Source: Hyaloraphidium curvatum SAG 235-1 | Lineage: Eukaryota > Fungi > Monoblepharomycota | Assembly: GCA_025558095.1 (NCBI GenBank) | Contig: JAIVFI010000013.1 | Location: 372,001-436,000, forward strand | Length of the DNA stretch: 64,000 nt | Direction of reading: 5' to 3' | Shown: positions 11,562 to 23,679 of the stretch, piece after piece | Numbering within the stretch: position 1 is the stretch's first letter | How the letters are laid out: the number at the start of each line of letters is the position of its first letter | Translations under genes and position numbers: made by a program | Notes under the pieces: model-generated | The model's database searches: none | The model's input: the letters and a program-made list of their open reading frames with translations, nothing else | Told to the model about the DNA's origin: nothing

Positions 11562-14500
11562 CTAAGAACGCCCCGTCGACACACCGCTACCATGCGCCTG
11601 ATGCAGCAGCTCGTTCAACTGCCGCTGAAGAGCTATTCGCTTGTCCGACGGCTCCACCCGGTCCACAAACGCCATGGCTTCCCGAGGTTGACCTGCATCA
11701 ATCAGCTCTGTGACAAAGGGCTGTCCGCGCGATCAGCGACGGTTGAGACGAAACGCGGACACTTACTGCGAAACCAATGGGTGATTTGCTCTTGGACAAC
11801 TCCCGCAGCGCGGGAAAGTGTTTCCCTTTGATCAGGCCTCGGAGGCGCAGCCAAGCGAACCTGGCCCAGTGGTGTCAGCACGTGCCGCATGCCTTGGTGA
11901 GCCCAATCCTACCGCTTTTCCGGCACTCGGAAGTCGTTCTTGACCTTCAACGCCCTGGCTTGGTCGCCGAGGATGATGAGCTCCAGGATGGTCCCGGAGA
12001 TCGTCTTGTCCAAGAACGGTTTCTTGAGCTCCTTTTCCAAGACCACCTGCAGCTGGATAAGCCGGATTTCGTCCTCGGCAGCCTTAGGGTCGGATTGCTT
12101 TGTCAAGCGTCCAAAGGGTGGCTTGTCGAGGTAATGATCCCACCTTCGCCTCGAGCGCCGAATCCTTGTCCTCGGAGTAGAGCTTCTGGATCGTGCGCAG
12201 CTTTGCTATCTTTTCGCTCGGGTCCTGGCATTGTAACAACAGCTGTGAGAAAGACATGAGCGTGGTGCCGCCACCATACCTTGGCTAACAGGTACTCTTC
12301 CACGACAAGACGGGCGCCGTCAATCCGACGATCGTCCTGGTAGTAGAAGTCCTTGAGCAACTGCACATCCTTCTGCCGGCAGTAGACCTCGAAGAGGCGG
12401 CCGGCGGCCGGTTTGTTTCGCAGCAGGCGAAAGAACTCGGCCGTCGGGAGCTCCCGGCGGATCGCAAGGAGAGCCGAGTAAACGAGGTCCGTATCCCCAG
12501 ACTGCATGGCCTTGGAAAGGGCCAGGTCGTACTCTTTCATGGATAGAAGGGGCATGACCTGGTTGGAAGGGATCATCTCCATGTCCAGGAGCTGAAGGGC
12601 GAGTCAACGCGGCTCAGCAACGGTCCTCTGAAGCGGACGTACCTTTACGGCCAGATGGTTTCTCCCGTTTGCCCTTGCTTCCTTGGCAATGTCGGCATAA
12701 CTCAGACCAGCGTACTTTGCAGACACGTTGGAGAGCCTGTCCAGAACAACCCGCGACAAAGTGTCCTCGTTGTCCTTGGAGGTACGGATCTTGCGCAACG
12801 TGAGCGATCAATGGAACAGACGGCGTGAGCCAAGCAGTTACCTTTGCGCAAGCCCACGAGCTGACGACTCGTTCGCCCTTCAGGCCGAGGTAGTCACAGA
12901 TCTTCAACGCAAGAAAGAAAAGCCTCCGATGGACAAGCCGGTCCACCAGAAGCTCAGCAGTCAGACGGAGGTATCTTGTCGGTCGATGAGCCGCGGAACA
13001 TGACCGGACCTCGCTGGCGACTCACTCAGGATATGTGAGGGGTATCCCGACCGCGGCGTCGCGGACGGCATTCAGCACGCGCAATATCCGCGCCATGTCC
13101 ACGAATCGATCCGAGTTGTAGACTTCGAGGAAACACTTGCCGAAGGAAGCGGCCTGGCAGAGCAATGGCAGTCAGACGCCGGTTACCCGGGGCCCGTTAC
13201 TCGAGGCCCGAAGAAAGGCGCACCTTGAGAACGGCCTTTTGCCGGAGCGCGTCGACTTCGTAGCCCGCAGCCTCTATGCAGGTGTCGACGGCCTCGGTCA
13301 TGTTGGGCTTGACGAGCCTGATCTTCTCGTCCGCCCCCGGCCGGCGGTTCTCGAAATCGTGCAGCGCGTCGTAGAGCACCGCACCGGGGCTCGTGGAGCC
13401 GATCCGGAACATTGATTCCGTGGCGGCTGGCCGCGAGTGTGAACCCAATGAAGCGAGGAGGCGGGCGACGCTGCTTACATGGGACTTTTTGCAGGAATTC
13501 GCACTTGTCATCGGTGATGATTCTGCATCCGTCGACTTCGGGTGCGAGAAAGCCGTATCCCGTCATGTCCAAGCTGACGAGCCGTCAGCACAATGGGCAA
13601 GCCAAGCCAGACGAGCGCAGGCGTTGCTCACGTCACGGGACTGCCGCCAAGCGAAGCCAGCATCAACGTCCGCTCTCTTGCCCAAAACGCAGCCACGGCA
13701 TCCGTCCCGCACCTGCAAGCAAAAGCACGTTAGGCAGCAGCTTGGCGGCGATGACAAGGAAGCTCACCAGCACAGCTGATCCGGCGGCTTCGGCCTCTCG
13801 AGCGGAAACTCGCCGAGGCTGCGCTGGAAGTCTACCGACACGATCCAAAGCTTGGCGTCCGTGGCCGTGGCGAGGAACTTGCCGTTCGGGGAGATGGCGA
13901 GCTTCGAGAAAGGTCCATTGGACAGCAGCTAGCGTGCAAAAGGTGAGCTTGCCAGCGCAAACCACGGATGACGCAACAACACGCCTGATTCTGCGCCTTG
14001 CGGGCGTCGACGGTGTATATCGTCTTTTCAACGGCAGCAAAGACGGCGGGCTCCTGCCCTGGATACGGCGGGAGAACCGTCCAGGATATCGGGGCCTGCG
14101 CCGTCCCAAGGGCCGCCAGAGGCCGCGGGCGCGGCTGGTCAAAGCTCGACACGGAGATGAACCGCAGGTTCCCCGTCAGCGCCACCAGACCCGAGCCAAA
14201 GACGACGCAGTCCGAGACGGTGGTATCGCGGGCATCCTGCATCGATTTGGAGGGCGTCGGCAGGGGTCGGAGCGGCGGCAGGGGAGACGCACCTGGCCCA
14301 AGCTGAACTGGGAGACGAGCGTTCCAAACAGATCGAAGAGAAAAACGTTGCCGTCCTCCGCTACGACAACCAGCTGCTCGGCAAGGCTCCATCCGAGGGC
14401 CACGACCCGGCCGCGTTCCCACTGCGGAAGCCACGTGAGCAGCGGGTCCGTTGGGCGGCGATCGGGTGAGAACCGCACCGGCGTCGAGTGCAGCAGACCC

Positions 14501-14862
14501 CCGCTGAGCGAGTAAATCGATAGCGTGGGTCTAAGGGGCTGATTCGGCTGGAGGACCACGGCCTTCCTGTCGTTCCGGATCATTGCTACCGGGGCCGATC
14601 GGTCAGGGAGGGGGGGGAAGGGGCCCGGCCCACGCACCCAGCGGGCCGGCCAGCGGCGCGGCGGCCACGACCATCGACTCGAGCCTGACGTTCTTCCATT
14701 GGAGATCGTACACGTCTGCGCGGCTGCGGACGCGTCGGCGGAGGCGTGCTGGCGGGTGCGAGGCCCGCACCGGAAGAACGCGTCCCCGACGGGCAGCCAC
14801 TCGAGGTACGGCGGCGAGTCCGCGACGCGCGACGTGTACGCGCTGGCGCCGCTGCGATTCAT
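11562..14862 (-). CDS. VPS16: HOPS/CORVET subunit Vps16
   Basis: [58 protein letters not shown]|PFV; about 14 introns including one GC-AG. Confidence 0.95.
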
Positions 14863-14977
14863 GTCACATCGCGGTTGGGGGGGCCGGCACGTCCACTACT
14901 AATTTCACGCGCCGCGGAGCCCTTTCATTCTTCTCACCCCCTTTACCTCCCATCCCCTCCCCCCCGTCTCCGCAGCC

Positions 14978-17146
14978 ATGGCGGACCAAGCCGATGTGCG
15001 TCCGCGCGCGCGCCGCCGCGGCGCCCGCTGACCCGCCGCAGGACCTCATCGACTACGAGGAGGACGAGGAGGCCGTGCAGCCCGAGGCCGCGGCCGCGGA
15101 GAACGGCGGCGCCGCCGACGGCAAGGAGAAGACAAAGGGGTCGTACGTCGGCATCCACGCGACGGGCTTCCGCGACTTCCTGCTCAAGCCGGAGCTGCTG
15201 CGCGCCATCGTCGACTGCGGCTTCGAGCACCCGTCCGAGGGTGCGTGCCCCGCCCCCCGCCGCCGCCGCCCCCGCTGACGCCCGCGCAGTCCAGCAGGAG
15301 TGCATCCCGCAGGCTGTGCTCGGCACCGACGTGCTGTGCCAGGCAAAGTCGGGCATGGGCAAGACCGCCGTCTTCGTGCTCGCCACGCTGCAGCAGCTCG
15401 ACGCAACGTCGGGCGAGTGCACCGTGCTCGTCCTGTGCCACACCAGGGAGCTGGCGTTCCAGATCAAGAACGAGTACGCCCGCTTCAGCAAGTACATGCC
15501 CGAGGTCAAGACTGCCGTGTTCTACGGCGGCATGCCCGTAAAGTCGAACGTGGACGAGCTGGCGGAGAAGAAGCCGCAGATCATCGTCGGCACGCCCGGC
15601 CGCATCCTCGGTCTCTGCAAGAGCAAGGACCTGCCCGTCAAGAACATCAAGCACTTTGTGCTGGACGAGTGCGACAAGATGCTCGAGCAGCTTGGTGAGT
15701 CTCGCACGGACCTGGACGTGCTCTCTGGCCGGAAACGGCCTGGCCCCGGACCCGGGCCTGCGCATGAAGAGTACCTTCATAGCATAAACCCAGCTCTTCG
15801 AAAGAGAATGAGAGGAAAGCTATTCTGACGTGTTTGGGCCAGTGGTGACCGCGGGTTGGCGTGGATCTGGGCATCGGCGTGGTTGCTGACGAATCCCTCG
15901 CCAATTCAGACATGCGGCGCGACGTGCAGGAGGTGTTCCGGGCGACCCCGCACCACAAGCAGGTCATGATGTTCAGCGCCACGCTGAGCAAGGAGGTCCG
16001 GCCGGTCTGCCGCAAGTTCATGAACAACGTAAGAATCGTGGCCGAGCTCTCCCACCCTCCTGCCCTCCCCGCGGGCGGCAACTGCTCCCTGCGATCGTGG
16101 CGGCCGCCGCCGGCACCGTCGGCGGTCCGCGCGGTCGGATGAGCTTCGCAAGACCGGGTTGCCTTGAGCGATTCGATTCGGAGCGAGTTGCACCCCTTCC
16201 GCGGGCGGCCGCCTGCTCGGCCGACGGCGGGCCGGTTCCGTCGTCGAGGATGGGCGGTTTGCCGTCGGTCAGGGGGAACGGCAGGAGAGCGGAGCTTCAG
16301 GAGCCTTTGCACCACGGATCGATCTCACAACGTGTCGCACTTCCCTGCCGATCCCGCGCGGAACGGACTTCCCTTCTTCAACACCCTGGCGCGCCGCGGC
16401 CGCTCCCAGCCGATCGAGATCTTTGTCGACGACGAGACGAAGCTCACCCTGCACGGGCTTCAGCAGTACTACGTCAACCTCACGGAGGCGGAAAAGAACC
16501 GGAAGCTCAACGATTTGCTGGACTCGCTAGAGTTCAACCAGGTCGTGGTCTTCGTAAAGTCGGTTCAGCGTGCCAACGAGCTCAACAAGCTGCTCGTGGA
16601 GTGCAATTTCCCCTCCATCTGCATACACTCGAACATGCCCCAGGAAGAGCGGTTGGTTCGGGCAAAGGGTCCCGGCAAAATCGCCGGGACGCGGGGCGGA
16701 GCATATCTGACGGAAGGGCGGGTCCAGGATCGCTCGCTACAAGTCGTTCAAGGACTTCAACAAGCGAATCATGGTGGCCACCGACATCTTCGGCCGCGGC
16801 ATCGACATCGAGCGCGTTAACATCGTCATCAACTATGACATGCCAGACAGTGCCGACTCCTACCTTCACAGGGTTAGTGGCGGCGCGTTTCTTTCCGGAC
16901 GGGCGTTTGACCTGCGAGCTCCAGGTCGGTCGTGCTGGTCGCTTTGGGACGAAGGGCTTGGCGATTTCGTTTGTGGCCGGCGGGACGGACGCCGAGGTCT
17001 TGAACAAAGTGCAGGAACGGTTTGAGGTTCAGGTGAACCCCTTGGTGAGTCCGTCCTTCCCCTGGCGGTTGAGCGCGGACCTGATGCATGGACTCCAGCC
17101 CGACACGCTCGAGGTCGAGCAATACATGAACTCCAACCGGAGTTGA
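14978..17146 (+). CDS. SUB2: DECD-box RNA helicase UAP56/Sub2
   Basis: [37 protein letters not shown]|VGRAGRFG; 7 introns. Confidence 0.98.
15759..15833 (+). ncRNA. Intronic box C/D snoRNA, probable snR69-like guide for LSU rRNA (yeast Cm2948 site)
   Basis: Box C-like ATGAAGA (15764-70) and box D CTGA (15825-28) in an AT-rich island inside a GC-rich intron. The 12-nt guide TAAACCCAGCTC (15785-96) is the exact complement of the conserved LSU sequence GAGCUGGGUUUA. Confidence 0.8.
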
Positions 17147-17171
17147 TCGTGTAAAGGCGTCTGAATGATGA

Positions 17172-17218
17172 TTGTCTGTTTGAGGACCGAGAGCGCTTGT
17201 CTGTTTGAGGACCGAGTG
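17172..17218 (+). repeat. Direct duplication of TTGTCTGTTTGAGGACCGAG (25-nt period) in the SUB2 3' UTR
   Basis: Two copies, at 17172 and 17197. Confidence 0.85.
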
Positions 17219-17283
17219 CTCTGGCTGGACGTCCAATACTCCACATGGGTCAGGGTTTCTTTGCCGCACGTGGGTACACAACG

Positions 17284-17801
17284 CTAGGAGGCACCGACGC
17301 TGGAAACGCCGACGTTAGCAATGAAGCACCCGAGTATAGCCGCGCAACCCACATTCTGTGACCACCATGGACCCCAGAGACGTATCCAGCCAAGGGTGGA
17401 GCGGGGTCAGAAGCGATACAAACGCCGCGGAGGAGAAACAAACAGGTTCACGACGGGAATGTGGACCAGCTTGATAATGAATCCCACGCCGCCCATGAGG
17501 AGGAAGCCGATCCCGATAGCCTGCGAGACCTTGACGAGTTCTGTGACGAGGGCATGTCGACGTCGGCAGGGAGCCAAGCAACGCCGGTTGGTCCAGTTCT
17601 CCGGCGGCTGCGATGGGAATCGTTCACCTCTCCGGTCGGGTTTCGTGCACCGGTTCAAAAAGGCGACCGAGTCACGATAGAACTGGCGAGGGCCTGGGGC
17701 GGGGCACGGTCCAGGTGCGCCCCTCCAACCGTCGAAGCCGGGCCACCTTCCGCAAGGTCCTCCACGCTCTCCTTCATATCCGCAGGTAGCAGCTTGTCCA
17801 T
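17284..17801 (-). CDS. SSS1: Sec61 translocon gamma subunit
   Basis: DLAE|GPRQFYRDSVAFLNRCTKPDRR|ELVKVSQAIGIGFLLMGGVGFIIKLVHIPVVNL|I|VGAS*; includes a 3-nt micro-exon. Confidence 0.93.
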
Positions 17802-17912
17802 TGCGCCGCTCGGTGGACGGGGGTCCGGCGAGTGACCTTTTGACGTGGCTGCTCACAGGTGCGCGGTGCGCGGTCGTCGTGAGTGTCGCTTGTGTGTCCA
17901 ACACACCATACG

Positions 17913-19211
17913 ATGGCGGGCCTAGATAGAGTCTTGAGCAAGGTCGCAGACCTCCAGCCTCGTCCGATGATCTCCCTGAATCGATTTTCCTCGGCCACAG
18001 CTCCAGCAGTCGGTGGAGGGCGGGAACTACTATGAGGCCCACCAAATGTACAACTCCCTGGCGCAAAGGTGAGCTCATCGCGCGAGCATACTTTCCGAAA
18101 CGTGCATCATGGTGAACTCATCGCCCCAGGTACATCAAGCAAGGTCGGTTTGCCCATCTTGGCTGCCTGCGCGTCCGTATTGACGCGACTTTGCGGGACA
18201 GGGAAATACAAGGAGGTCCTAGGACTGCTGCAATCGGGGGCGTTGAACCTGTTGAAGCACCAGCAGTATGGGAGCGCAACCGATCTCTGCCGGCGGATAC
18301 TGGAGGTTTACGAGGCTGCCGGGACTGAGGTCAACGATGCGAGCATCGGTGCGAGCCCCCTACCTCACGGCTTGCGCGACCTTGATGATCGATGGTCCTC
18401 GGGCAGGACCCCTCGTGGAGCTCTTTGATTCATTCGACCTCCAATCTTCGTTCGCGATCGAGTTTGTCCGCGACGCCCTGCGTTGGTCGAGCAAGAACGG
18501 GGCTCACGCTACAGGGGATCCGTACCTCCAACATGTCTTTGGAATGCGATACTTCAAAGCCAAGGACTACTACCAGGCCGAGTCGCACTTTGCTGTCGGC
18601 ACCATCGACTCGGCAAAAGCGCTGGGGTGGATGGCATTCCAGTGGTCCGAGGAAGGTTACCCTGCCGACAAGGGCTATTTCATCGCCCGTGGCGTCATGC
18701 TGTGGGTGACTAAGCTGCCCCTGCAGGGGAGAGCTCACCTCTTTTTGTGGCCAGGTATCTCGCACGTCGGCGGATTGCGTGCGCCGAGACAGCGCTGTCG
18801 ACTTTCCTTCACGCTATCGAAGTCGACCCGGACACGAAGCTGCCGTTGGCTCCCATCTCTTTTGCGTCGAGCTCCGTCAGCGTTTATCGGAGTCCATTCA
18901 TCAACTTCTGCCAACTGCTTGTCCTTGTCGTGCAGCGGAACGCACCTGACCTCTTCCTTGACCTCCGGAATCAATACCGGAACCTAATCGACCAGGACAG
19001 GTTCCTGTCGGTGGTAAGTTGCGTTGCTTTTTCGTGTATCAGCAGGACCTGAGCGATCTCCTGGCAGCTGATGGACAGGATAGGACTCGTCTTCTTCCGG
19101 ATAGGCCAGCAGGCACCAAATGTCCTGCAAGGGCTGATGTCGTCCTTGTTTGGTGGTGCGGGCGCACCTGGGGCGGGCCAGCAATCTCCCGCGGCAGCAT
19201 TGCTGGACTGA
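17913..19211 (+). CDS. GET4: GET pathway protein Get4
   Basis: [23 protein letters not shown]|[33 protein letters not shown]. Confidence 0.93.
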
Positions 19212-19289
19212 TACGAGTCATTTTAGAATGCTTGTACATGGTGCACGGTTCGAGTAACAACAAGATCCTCTTTTCCTCAACGACATGCC

Positions 19290-21149
19290 TCAATGGAATG
19301 CCCTGGCCTGCTCGCGAGCTGAGCAAGAGCTGCACACCCCGGGGACTGGTCGGACCCACCTCAAGCATCATGTCGTTCTGGGGAGCCAGACCAACGCATG
19401 CGCGGAAGATGTTCTCCATAGCATTGCGCTGCTTGGCAAGCGCATTCACCACGGGAGCTCTGCACGGCGCTTGTCAGGACGTGCCCCAGGCTCTTGGCGC
19501 GTTCAACTCACCCCGGAGGCACCACCGGAGCCTTGAGCAGATAGCTCAGGATGGAAAGCACGGAGTGGAACGGCGCGTACTCCGTCATGTCACCCGTCTT
19601 GTATGTTATCCGGGACATGAGCTCGGTCAAGATGGCGAGGTCGATGATGAGAGGCGATGCCAAGAGCGAGTCCTCGCAAACGTTGTAGATGGAGATGGTG
19701 TTGCGGCCGCTGGAAAGCAGGTCGCTCGTGAGTCGCGGCCCGCCCTAAAACGCCGCTGCGCCGTACCCCATGAAGATCTCCGAATAGTATTCGTCGAGCG
19801 CTCTCTTGCTGTCCCCGACCGCTGGCACGTACTTGACTGCGGAAAAAGTCAGCCGCGGTACACGGCGCGAGCGCATTCGTGCCAACACGCACTGACGACG
19901 GTATGGTCCGGGTGCTCGTTCTTCTTGTAAAGGATGGCATTCGACGCCACCATGTCGTCCACCACGTTGCTCTTCGAAATCTCCTTGCTCCTAAACTGCT
20001 GCGGCGCCGAAAGGTTCATCCCATCGTTGTTGCCAAGGTGGTTGTACGACGTGATGGCCAGCGGCTTGATCCCGGCATTGACGAGGAAATCGACGAGCAC
20101 CGACTTGAGCTTCGTCTGGCCGCTCTTGAAGTCGTCGCCGCCAATAAAGACGCGGTGGCGCTCCGCGAGGTCGATGACGCCAGGGACAAAGGTGTTTTGG
20201 GGGCTTCCGTTGATGAAAGGAGCGCCCTCCAGGATTGACGCGATCGCAAAGACAGTCGAAGGCGCGATCTCCGCGTGGCCGGCCTTGAGAGACGCCAACA
20301 AAGCATCGGCTGAGTCGTTCACCCCGTCGATGATGTCCGAGAACCTTTCGGTGTTGGCCGTCCACAGGACGATGACCTTGTCGAGACCGTGCGTCTCCTT
20401 GAAAGCCCTGAAGCGCGAAAAGAGTGGGGGGGTGGGGGTGAGCAGGGGGAATCATAGTGCGGGATTGCCACGGACCTGATGTCGTTGCGGATGTGCTCCA
20501 TTTGCTCCTGCTTCGTGCCGCCGATAAGATTGTCGGCCCTCTCCTCCTGGTTGGCGGCGATGAAGTCCGGGTAGTAGATCGACGGCATGGGCTTCATGGA
20601 GGCGAGCTCGGGAGCAAGCTGCCTCTGCAGATCCCAGTCAAGGACCTCGGCACGCGCCATGGCTTCGGCGATGTTTGCGGAGCTGATGTCCCAGCCGCCA
20701 ATGACCAGGTCGTCCGGATTGACCATGGGCAGAACCGACGAGAACGGGATGTAGATCTCGTTCCCGTTGGCGTCGGTGCCGAGCTTGAGGGTCGAGGACT
20801 GCGTGATGGATCCGAAGTAGTTGGCCGACTGGATCCCGCTCTTGGTCCTCCATTGGAGCTTGGCACGATTGGCGGCGATGGCCGCCGTGACCGTGGAACC
20901 GTTGTTTCCGCCCCACCCGACCAGCAGCAGGCCGAGGCGGGGAACGCTGCGTTCCGTCCTGAACTCGTAGACGGTCTCGGTCGGCTTCACGATCAGGGAG
21001 CCACGAGCGTTCTCGACGAGCGTGCCTTGGTAGCGGTAGCGCGAGTAGATGGCATCGGGTGCATACTGCACGTCCGGCGAGACCACGGTGAACGCGGGCT
21101 CGGGGATCGCAGCGGGTTCGACCGCATCGTGAATGTCGTGAGGCGGCAT
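19290..21149 (-). CDS. INO1: Myo-inositol-1-phosphate synthase
   Basis: [41 protein letters not shown]. The exact last exon is uncertain. Confidence 0.97.
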
Positions 21150-21635
21150 GGTCGGAACGAAAGGAGATGAGTTGGCAGACCGAAATCAGGCGTTTATTTG
21201 CTGTTGGAAAGGTCATTGAGCCGGATTCGGCGGGGAAGAGCGAGGCATCGCACGTGCGCGGTTTCGGACCCTGCGAATCGATTCAAGCCACGGTGAGATT
21301 GGCGGCCCGAGAGACGGAGCGAATCTCCATTACCTTGTGCCCGTGCCGATGATGGTTGTGGGCGCTTTGAAATTGAGTGTTCGGCGCGATCCGCGCGGGG
21401 CAGCGGGGCAGAAGCGGTGGAGCCGCAGGGTCACTCAGGGCCGAGGCAACCACAAGGCAGGGTTGTTTCGAACCTGTACAGCGTGTTCGAGAACATCCGC
21501 TAGCGCATCCGTCGGTCACAGGCAGCAATCGCGACGGCCGTGTCGTCCAGAAAGGGCAGGGAAATGATGGCGGCGCGATATCCCGATCGTCGGGTGGTCG
21601 CGCTTGCAACGCGCGGATTGACAAACAAACGAACC

Positions 21636-23641
21636 ATGGTACTCCAGGCGACCTCGCTGAACAATGTGGCGGTCTACCACGTCACGGCGTCTGCGCGGAG
21701 CGCCATTCCGGACTGGCTCGCACGGCGCAATGCCAAGAGCCTGCGGTACGACCAGGACTACCGCGAGCGCATCGAGCTCATACAGGACTTCGAGTTTCCG
21801 GAGGCCTCCACGCGGGTGAAGGTCACCCGGGATGGGAAGCACATCGTGGCCACCGGGGTCTACAAGCCCCAGATGAGGGTCTTTGAGCTTTCGGAGCTGT
21901 CGATGAAGTTTGACCGGCACACGGACTGCGACACCGTCCAGTTCGAGCTCCTGTCGGACGATTGGACCAAGTCGGTGCTGCTCCAAGCCGACCGGACTCT
22001 GGAGTTCCACTCCCAGTTTGGCCTCCATTTCAAGACGAGGATCCCAAAGGTCGGGCACGGCGCCGCGGGTCCGTCGACACTCGCTGACCGTCCCGCCCAG
22101 TTTGGCAGGGACATGGCTTACCACGCTTCGTCTTGCGATCTCGTTCTGGTCGGGGCTTCCAACGATGCTTGGCGGCTCAATCTGGAAGAGGGGCGCTTCC
22201 TCAATCCGTTCGCGACGGATCTGCCAGCGATCAATGTCTGCGCGATCAACCCGACCCACCAGCTGTTTGGTTTCGGCGGATCTGGTGCCGTCCTCGAGTT
22301 TTGGGACCCGCGTTCGCGCTCGCGAGCCGCGTCCCTCCCTCTCTCGAGGCAGTCCCTGCACATCGACCCCATGGCAGACGGGGATCTCGAGATCACGGCG
22401 CTTTCGTTTGCAATGGACGGCTTGACGATGGGTGTCGGCACCTCTGCCGGGCACGTGCTCCTGTATGATCTACGAAACCCGAACCCGCGCCTAGTGAAGG
22501 ATCATCAGTACGGAACGCCAATCAAGAACATCACGTTCCATCCGTCGAGCGGCAACGTAGTCAGCGCCGACACAAAGATCATCAAGCTCTGGAACCAGGA
22601 AACGGTGCGGTGGTCCGCTCGACCGTCACGGATGCCTCTGACCGTCACCCGACGTTGCAGGGTGCCGCTTTGACCTCGATCGAACCGCCCAACGACATCA
22701 ACGACCTGTGCGTCGTCGAGGAGAGCGGTCTGATCCTGGTCGCGAACGAAGGTGTGCAGATCCAGAGCTACTATGTCCCGGCCCTAGGCCCGGCGCCGCG
22801 CTGGTGTGCTTTCCTCGACAATCTGACGGAGGAAATGGAGGAGAAGAAGGAGCAGCGTGTCTACGACGACTACAAGTTCGTGACGAGGAAGGAGCTGGCG
22901 CAACTCGGACTGGACCACCTCGTCGGAACGAACCTCCTTCGCGCCTACATGCACGGCTTCTTCGTCGACCTGCGGCTCTACGAGAAGGCGCAGTCGATCG
23001 CGAACCCGTTCGCCTTCGAAGAGTACAGGAAACGCAGGGTCCAGGATCGGCTGGAGGAGGAGCGCAAGACGCGGATCTCGTTGCAGAGGAAGCTCCCCAA
23101 GGTTAACAAGGCGCTCGCGGCCAAGCTCGCCGCTGCGGCCGAAAAGGACGAGCAAGATGCGGCCTACAAGTCCAAATCCTCACCTCTGCCTGCGGCTTCT
23201 TCGGCGGATCCCATGAATCCGCTGGGCGACAGCCGTTTCGCGGCGTTGTTCGAGGACGAAGACTTCCAAGTCGATGCCACATCGCACGAATACCGTCTCC
23301 ATCATCCGGAAGAGAAACCGGTTGCGGATGCGCCGTTGCGCTCTGGGTCGGCTTCGGAGGCGTCGGATGAGGACGAGGCTGGGACATCGTCGAGGGACCG
23401 GAGAACGCCGAGTGTCCCCACGTCTGCGGAGCGAACATTATCTGGAGACAGACGAAAGCAGGCTGATGGTGCAAATGTGCACAAGGGTGGGAAACCGAAG
23501 CGTGTGAAGTTTGTCCCGGGTCGCGAACGGCGGGAGCAGGGCAGAGACGACGAGGCGGAAGGCACAAAACGACAGAGGCGTGGCGTGAAGGAGCTGCGAC
23601 TGAGTTCAGGGCGGGGCGGAAGGGGACGAGGACGGAGATGA
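21636..23641 (+). CDS. ENP2: Nucleolar protein 10 / Enp2 (WD40 + NUC153)
   Basis: RIELIQDFEFPEAS, ATGVYKPQ, LGPAPRWCAFLDNLTEEMEE, YDDYKFVT, DSRFAALFEDEDFQVD. Confidence 0.96.
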
Positions 23642-23679
23642 GAGATTGAATTCTGAAGCAAGCACACGCATGGTATCGG

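Noticed and set aside
17165-17260. ATGATGA after the SUB2 stop as a second C/D snoRNA
   Set aside because: No downstream CTGA at a suitable distance; the CTGTTTGAG similarity to 5.8S is sense, not antisense.
21251-21256. CACGTG upstream of INO1 as a UAS-INO element
   Set aside because: Not the CATGTGAAAT consensus; a single hexamer is common in GC-rich DNA.
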